A stretch of 38,382 bases of DNA, taken from the IMG/VR virus record IMGVR_UViG_3300044770_000090, positions 1-38,382 of that record; one strand, written 5' to 3'. The notes under the pieces are model-generated. The model was not told where the DNA came from. It did not search any database and saw nothing but the letters and a program-made list of their open reading frames with translations. The position numbers and the translations under genes are program-made. This stretch comes from a virus. Its lineage: Duplodnaviria; Caudoviricetes. Position 1 is the first letter of the stretch. Every line of letters starts with the position of its first letter. Positions 32,929 to 38,382 of the stretch are shown here, piece by piece.

Positions 32929-35423
32929 GCGGCCTCCCTCTGAAGAGTTGTAGTGATCCGCCCGTCGGCGACGAAGAGGCGCGCGTCGGCCGCCTCCCAG
33001 ACTTCCTGACTGTGCGAAACGAAGATCACCTGACGGAACGCCCCCAGCTCGCGCGCGCGGCGCAGCATTGAGACGTAGGCCATCGCGTTGTCCGGATCGA
33101 GGGCCCCGGCGGCCTCGTCCAGCCACAGCGTCTCCCAGCGAACACCGGCCTTCCGGACGTTGAAGATTGCAAAGGCCAGCCGGACGGCCGTATCGATGAC
33201 CACACCCTGGCCGCCCGAGAGAGCCTCGACCTGCTTCTCGCGTCCGTTGTGCGTGACGCGAACGTCGAAGCTCTCCGTGTACTCGCCCCTGGCGGACTTC
33301 TTCTCGCGCAGGGTCTCGAACGCGACGCTGTAGCGGTTATCGCCGGGCCAGTCCGCAAGCAGCGCGTTGATGATGGCGACGACTTCTGGGCCCGCCGCGT
33401 CGATCTCCAGCGCCTGGACGCCGTCCTTACCCAGCGCCCGCTCGAGGAGCGACCAGTCGCCCAGGTGCATCTGGAGATCGGCCACGCGAGCGCGCAGGTC
33501 GCCCATGACCTTGCCTTTCTCCTGCAGCTGTGCGACGCGCGCCTGGATGCCAGCGCGGGCGATGTCGGCCTCCCGCAGTGCTTGCTCCGCCTTCGCACGG
33601 GTCTGCGACGCCAGCGCGTGAGCGCTCGCCACGCCGGAGGTGTCCTCGTCACGCTCGGCGTCCTTGAGTGCACGGTGTGCAGGGCCGTAGGCCTCCGCCG
33701 CGATCCTGAGCGACTCGGTAGCCGCCTCGAGCTCGACCTCGGCGTCTTGCAGCGCGGCGTCTCTTTCCGCCTGCGCCGCGGCGAGCTGTTCGGTGGCGGT
33801 CCCGGCTTTGGTAGCGGCCTCCTGCATCTCCCGTGCGAGTGTCGCCTGCGCGTCGGTGGCCTCTTCGACGAGGGATGCGAGCTGCTCGCGGGCGGTGGAG
33901 GCAGCTTCGGCCTTGGCGATCCAGGCGTTGAGCTCGCGCTCGCGGACGGCGAGAATGGAGAGGCCCCGCTCGGGTGACTCCTGCGCCTCTTTGAACGTCA
34001 GCAGATTCTGCAGGTCACTCGCCTCGCGGGTCCTTTCCGCGACGCGCTGCTTTTCGTACAGGATCCCCTCGTTGCTGAGGACCTCGAGCCCCCCGCGGGC
34101 CCCTCGAGCGTCAGCCAGGAGGGGGCAGGTGCCGGCGAGATCGGCAATTCCGCGGCCATCCTGACGACGCACTGTCCCCGTTGCGGGGGGCGCCAGCTCC
34201 GGGTCCCATCTCGGCGCCTCCGTACACGGCGCCTGCTCCATCAGCGCCGCCTGCCGGGTCAGACGCTCCACTTCCCGCCGGAGGGCCTCGGTGGCGGCCT
34301 GCAACTTCTGCTCTGCGAGGACGACCGCGTTGGTGGCGGCGGCGGAACGACGGCGGAGATCCTCCAGCTCCTTACGCTGGTCCTCGTAGTAGGTGCGCTG
34401 GTCGGCCAGCTCCTCGAGCTCCTGGCGCGCGGCTGCGGCATCGGGGACATCCGCCAGGGCCGCCTCGAGCCGCTCCCTGCGCTTTGCGAGCCGCTCCATG
34501 GTCTCGGCATGTCGACGACGGATGGGCTCCTTGAGCTTCTCGACGTCGGTCTCCCCGAGGAAGCGAAGCTTCCGCTGGAAGTCCTTCTCGACGTTCGCAC
34601 CGCGCAGGACCGCTGCCTGCTTGGCACGCTCGGCCCGATCCAGCTCTCGACTGGCCGAAGCCTCAGCCGCCCGGAGTGCTTCGCGCTTACCGGCCGCGGC
34701 CTTGGCACGCTCTAGAGCAGACAGCGCTGCGGTCTCCTCCGCGCGCGCCGCCACCAACGCTGTCCCGGCTGAATCCACGAGCAGGGTGGCGTTCTCGAGA
34801 AGGGCGAGCTGCTCAGGCAGTGCGTGGAGCTCGAGCATCAGCTCGCGCTCTTTCGCCTGCGCCGTCTCGAGCGTTCGCGTCGTCTCCCCGCGATGCTCCC
34901 CGGCGATCTCCGACATGACCTGGAGCATCGCGAGCCGGAGCATCTCGATCACGAGCTCCTTGCGCTGGGACTTCTTGGCCCGAAGAAACGATCCATCCTT
35001 GCTCTGCGACGAAAACACCGACGCCAGGAACAGATCGAGTGACCCGAACCTGCGTCCGATCTCTGTCTCGAACTCCGCCGCGCGGCCGGTGGTGAGGCTC
35101 GCGCCATTGACGAAGAGGTAGGCCTCGGTCGTGCGGTGCTCGGCGTCAACTTGGACGCGCACCTTCAGCTCGTCGCCGCCGTCGTCGAAGATGGCTTCCA
35201 CGAAGGCGTTTGTCCCCTCCCATCCCTCGTACCACCCGGGACGCGACGGGAAGGTCTTGTAGAGCGCAGTCGGTGCCGCTTCGAGACAACTGGTCTTTCC
35301 CGAACCGTTGCTGCCGACCAGTGCGATCAGGCCATCGCCGACGGCGTCAAGATCGATGGTGACGGGGTCGGGCCCGAGGAACGCATCGACGCGGCCGCGG
35401 AACGTGACGCTGCGGAGTCTCAT
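32925..35423 (-). CDS. sbcC: SbcC/Rad50-like SMC-family ATPase (832 aa)
   Basis: Walker A GSNGSGKT, long coiled coil, signature LSGGQ, Walker B/D-loop [12 protein letters not shown]-loop FVSH. Confidence 0.93.
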   Translation of the reverse strand: MRLRSVTFRGRVDAFLGPDPVTIDLDAVGDGLIALVGSNGSGKTSCLEAAPTALYKTFPSRPGWYEGWEGTNAFVEAIFDDGGDELKVRVQVDAEHRTTEAYLFVNGASLTTGRAAEFETEIGRRFGSLDLFLASVFSSQSKDGSFLRAKKSQRKELVIEMLRLAMLQVMSEIAGEHRGETTRTLETAQAKERELMLELHALPEQLALLENATLLVDSAGTALVAARAEETAALSALERAKAAAGKREALRAAEASASRELDRAERAKQAAVLRGANVEKDFQRKLRFLGETDVEKLKEPIRRRHAETMERLAKRRERLEAALADVPDAAAARQELEELADQRTYYEDQRKELEDLRRRSAAATNAVVLAEQKLQAATEALRREVERLTRQAALMEQAPCTEAPRWDPELAPPATGTVRRQDGRGIADLAGTCPLLADARGARGGLEVLSNEGILYEKQRVAERTREASDLQNLLTFKEAQESPERGLSILAVRERELNAWIAKAEAASTAREQLASLVEEATDAQATLAREMQEAATKAGTATEQLAAAQAERDAALQDAEVELEAATESLRIAAEAYGPAHRALKDAERDEDTSGVASAHALASQTRAKAEQALREADIARAGIQARVAQLQEKGKVMGDLRARVADLQMHLGDWSLLERALGKDGVQALEIDAAGPEVVAIINALLADWPGDNRYSVAFETLREKKSARGEYTESFDVRVTHNGREKQVEALSGGQGVVIDTAVRLAFAIFNVRKAGVRWETLWLDEAAGALDPDNAMAYVSMLRRARELGAFRQVIFVSHSQEVWEAADARLFVADGRITTTLQREAA

Positions 35424-35869
35424 CGGCCAGCCTCTCGAACCGCCAGTCGCGGACGCCGTGCGTGCTCCGCCTCCACCGTGCCACGCACGAAGGCGATGAA
35501 CTCTTCAGGCGTCGCGAAGACGGTGACTTCGGGCAGATACGAGAAAACGTGGCTGCGCTCGCCGATCCAGAAGAGGCGGCGCTTCAGAGCCAGCGCCATC
35601 CCGAACTCGACGTTTGACCCGCCGCGCATTCCAGCGGGCGCGAAGTAGACCAGCGTCTCAGCTTGGCCGACGTCGTACACGTCGTGATTAGCAAGCTCGG
35701 CGTTGAACTCTTGACTCTTCGGATCGTCTGCCATCCGGTGCTGAGGGTCGGTGAGCCACCGGCTCGTTACTTCGATTCCGAGCGAGCGCAGGGTTACACC
35801 CAGCGCCTCGAACTCCTCTCGGCGGCTCCATCTTCCGGCGAGGTAGACCTTCCCCAGTGTCACGCTCAT
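35420..35869 (-). CDS. Nucleoside 2-deoxyribosyltransferase (NDT) / nucleotide N-glycosidase family protein
   Basis: KVYLAG, DVYDV, GGSNVEFGMA (catalytic Glu) motifs; flavodoxin-like pattern; coupled to sbcD and sbcC. Confidence 0.8.
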   Translation of the reverse strand: MSVTLGKVYLAGRWSRREEFEALGVTLRSLGIEVTSRWLTDPQHRMADDPKSQEFNAELANHDVYDVGQAETLVYFAPAGMRGGSNVEFGMALALKRRLFWIGERSHVFSYLPEVTVFATPEEFIAFVRGTVEAEHARRPRLAVREAGR

Positions 35870-37044
35870 GCCGCCACCTCCCGGGTCTGCTCCGCCTCGA
35901 TCGCTGCGAGCTTCACGCGGATCCTCTCGCGGGCCGCGTCGTCGATCTCGATCTCCTTGGCCGCGAGCCAGGCCTCGATCTTCTGGAACGAGTCCTTCGC
36001 CTCGACGATCAGCTCCGAGCGCACGCGGGCGGACTGCTCAACGATGGCTTCGAGCTTCACCTCGTGGGCGCCCCGGGCCAAGAGGGCTGACCGGATCTGA
36101 TCTTCGTCCACCGTGTGCAGCTCCTCGGCCGGGACGTGATACCGGAGGCGGACTAGATCGCCCGGCTCGACGTAGGTGTCGTCCACGACAAGCACCCCGT
36201 CGCGCCTTCCCGCTTCGATGTGGACGATCCTCCGCGCCGGCAGCTCGACGAACTCGCTGCTGACTATCTGACCGTTGTGTATCTCAACGATCCTGACTCC
36301 CTTGGGGTCTTGCACCTCTCCGTGGTCGTGGCGCGTGGAGTTGCCGGAGTACGCGACCCGCCCGCCCAGCCACGATTGATGGAGATGGATGTGGCCCAGC
36401 GCGGCATAGGCTGCGCCGATGTCGGCGATGTCGGCCGGAGAGACCTCCGCGGTCTGCCCGATAAGCGGCTGGCCTGAGGAGGCGATGGAACCACCGATCA
36501 TGGCGTGTGAGACGAACAGCGGGGTGGCGCCCTCGCTCCGGATCCTGCTCGCCTCGGCGCGCAAGCATGTGAGGAGCTGGCGCATCGCCTCGATCGTGAG
36601 GCGCTGGGTCTCCGTGATGTCTGACGTCGCCGGCAGACCCGCGACGAGATGGGCTTTGTTCACCCAAGCGAGACCCAGCAGACCGACGCGGTCCCCGCCT
36701 GCGAGATTCCAGATCGGCGCCGCACCCGGAAGCGTCGCGCGCTCCTCGATCCTCAGCGGGTGCCGGGTCCGGAGGCGGTTGAAGATCTCGAGGTCGCCCG
36801 CCTGGTCGTGATTGCCCTTGACCCCGTAGAGAGGCGCGACTTCCGTGATTGCCTGGAGCCAGTCCGCAAGTGCGGCTCGCTCCGCAGCGGTTGAGCGGCG
36901 CTCGAAGAAGTCTCCGCCGTGGAGGACCAGGTTCACTTCGCGCGCGCGGGCCAGCGCAACGATCTTCTCGTGCATTGCGATCACGTCGGAGAACCGCTTC
37001 GACTGGTCGAAATGCGAGTCGCTGGTGTGCAGAAGGCGGATCAC
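35866..37044 (-). CDS. sbcD: SbcD/Mre11-like metallophosphoesterase nuclease (392 aa)
   Basis: LLHTSDSH, GGDFF, GNHD, SH, ALGHIH..Q, YSG.....HGE...KG; GTGA overlap. Confidence 0.93.
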   Translation of the reverse strand: MIRLLHTSDSHFDQSKRFSDVIAMHEKIVALARAREVNLVLHGGDFFERRSTAAERAALADWLQAITEVAPLYGVKGNHDQAGDLEIFNRLRTRHPLRIEERATLPGAAPIWNLAGGDRVGLLGLAWVNKAHLVAGLPATSDITETQRLTIEAMRQLLTCLRAEASRIRSEGATPLFVSHAMIGGSIASSGQPLIGQTAEVSPADIADIGAAYAALGHIHLHQSWLGGRVAYSGNSTRHDHGEVQDPKGVRIVEIHNGQIVSSEFVELPARRIVHIEAGRRDGVLVVDDTYVEPGDLVRLRYHVPAEELHTVDEDQIRSALLARGAHEVKLEAIVEQSARVRSELIVEAKDSFQKIEAWLAAKEIEIDDAARERIRVKLAAIEAEQTREVAA

Positions 37045-38198
37045 CGCGCCCCTCCTCTGCTCTTGAGCCACTCGATGTTTGCGGCAATCGCCTGCACGCC
37101 CGATGTCTTCGGGAACTTGGCGATCTCGAGGTCCTTCAGATCGGCGTGCGCCTTCTGGTCGAACTTCGGCCCCCACGGGTAGCACTCGCCGCACCGGATC
37201 GATCCGACGAGCTCGCGCGTCTTCTGGGCAACGGCCTCGGAGACCTGGAGCTGGTGGCCACAGGGACATCCGCACAGCGCGACAGGGGCGGACTGAGCCA
37301 CCGGATCTTTCGCCGGAGGCGGAGCCGAGGGCGCACCGAACAGCGCCTCGTCGACGTCGTCGGTCCCGTGGAGGGCCTCGCGCTCCTCGTCCTCGGTCAT
37401 GCGCACGACGCGATCGGCAGGCGGGAGCGACCGCACCGGCTCGGGGCGGTTGTCGTGATCGCGGGGAACGTCGATGATCTTCCCGCCCTCGGGAAGCGCC
37501 TTCGGCGTCCCCGGTCCGTAGATCTTGTCGGCGATGCCGAGCGATTGGGCGGCGACCATCTTGCGCACCTCCGGATCGGACATGTCCGGATCCGCGACGA
37601 GCGCCGGGACGACGAAGGGCTTCGCCAGTTCCGTGAGCGTGTACTTCTGGCGCAGGGCGAGAGCCCCGCGCACCGCGCGCAGCAGCGCCTTCGTCTCGGC
37701 CATCTCGTGGAGGAACTGACGCGCGGAGGCGAGCTGGTTGGCCGTGAAGGACGCGACCTGCGCCGACCCGTCGCGGTAGTCCACGCGCTTGGAGCCGATG
37801 TACTCCACGCGCGTCCCGTCGAGCTGGGGGACCGAGATCCGGACCTGCCAGTCGCACACGTACTGCTCGCGCCCGTCGTCGGTCCTGGTCGACTCCACCA
37901 CCGTCGCGCCGGCGGCCTGGAGCAGCTTGAGGATCATCGTCTTGCCTGGGGCGCGTTCGTTGGGCTCGCAGAACTTCGGCTTGTAGACGTCGGCCCCCGC
38001 CGGGTCGATCACGACGGCCCGCAGAGAGACGCGGTGCATCGGCGGGATGTAATCGACGTGCTGAACGGGGGTGATGAGGTTCGCGTGCGCCGCGACCTGG
38101 TCGTAGGCCTCGCGCAGGTTCTCGATCTTCGCAATGGGCGCCTCGGGCAGATAGTCGAGCCTGCGCGCGAGAGCCGTTGTTTCCTTGGTGGTTGCCAT
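37041..38198 (-). CDS. Putative single-strand annealing recombinase (RecT/Redbeta-like) with C-terminal Cys cluster (385 aa)
   Basis: EMAETKALLRAVRGAL helix resembles the annealase MAxKxAxxRA motif; upstream of sbcD/sbcC; RBS GGAGG; CGCPC...CGEC tail. Confidence 0.6.
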   Translation of the reverse strand: MATTKETTALARRLDYLPEAPIAKIENLREAYDQVAAHANLITPVQHVDYIPPMHRVSLRAVVIDPAGADVYKPKFCEPNERAPGKTMILKLLQAAGATVVESTRTDDGREQYVCDWQVRISVPQLDGTRVEYIGSKRVDYRDGSAQVASFTANQLASARQFLHEMAETKALLRAVRGALALRQKYTLTELAKPFVVPALVADPDMSDPEVRKMVAAQSLGIADKIYGPGTPKALPEGGKIIDVPRDHDNRPEPVRSLPPADRVVRMTEDEEREALHGTDDVDEALFGAPSAPPPAKDPVAQSAPVALCGCPCGHQLQVSEAVAQKTRELVGSIRCGECYPWGPKFDQKAHADLKDLEIAKFPKTSGVQAIAANIEWLKSRGGAR

Positions 38199-38208
38199 GG
38201 TATCCTCC

Positions 38209-38234
38209 AAAAGTCAAAGGGGCCTGACAGCCCC
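38209..38234 (-). terminator. Possible intrinsic terminator/attenuator upstream of the recombination block
   Basis: Minus strand GGGGC-TGTCAG-GCCCC followed by TTTGACTTTT; a second 9-bp hairpin (ACGCCGGCG/CGCCGGCGT) lies at about 38255-38277. Confidence 0.45.
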
Positions 38235-38296
38235 GCCCAACCTGAATGAGGAGCACGCCGGCGCCCACCGCCGGCGTTGCTACTTAAGACCCAGTG

Positions 38297-38382
38297 CTCC
38301 TCCCCTTCCCGTAGATCCGCTCCGCCACGATCAGCGCGATGCACACGGCCAACACGATCATCGCGGCCGCGGCGACGGGCGG
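38297..38382. repeat. Terminal direct repeat, copy 2
   Basis: Identical to 1-86. Confidence 0.97.

Noticed and set aside
37045-38268. Apparent 800-aa SbcD with a long N-terminal extension
   Set aside because: The extension overlaps the annealase gene in another frame and is Arg/Pro/Gly noise; the real start is the GTG at 37044

Overview
The window is an apparently complete, circular (38,296 bp after removing an 86-bp terminal overlap), GC-rich tailed-phage genome of siphovirus type: HK97-like head, tail tube plus tape measure, and no sheath gene. Nearly all genes are on the minus strand and translationally coupled (ATGA/TGATG overlaps). Reading leftwards from a sigma70-like promoter at 1071-1099 and across the contig junction, the order is: (1) a leaderless ribbon-helix-helix regulator and small ORFs; (2) a recombination block (RecT/Redbeta-like annealing protein, SbcD, an NDT-family N-glycosidase, SbcC); (3) a pentapeptide-repeat protein, C5 DNA methyltransferase, RuvC and a replication initiator with internal iterons; (4) TerS/TerL, a portal-MuF fusion, prohead protease, decoration protein and major capsid; (5) neck and tail genes; (6) a lysis block. 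Only an HNH-like gene is on the plus strand, and I see no integrase, cI-type repressor, ParA, tRNA, CRISPR or reverse transcriptase. The most unusual element is the lysis block: M15 endolysin, DUF1353, several small membrane proteins and a terminal gene that appears to fuse a holin-like multi-TM N-terminus and a signal peptide to an 8-stranded outer-membrane beta-barrel, with no lipoprotein o-spanin. Also notable are tandem paralogous distal-tail genes, a tail protein built of three tandem anchor+beta-sandwich modules, a tail terminator with an extra N-terminal domain, and a thrice-repeated CTAG-N12-CTAG late-promoter motif. All family calls come from motif recognition by eye, not database searches.
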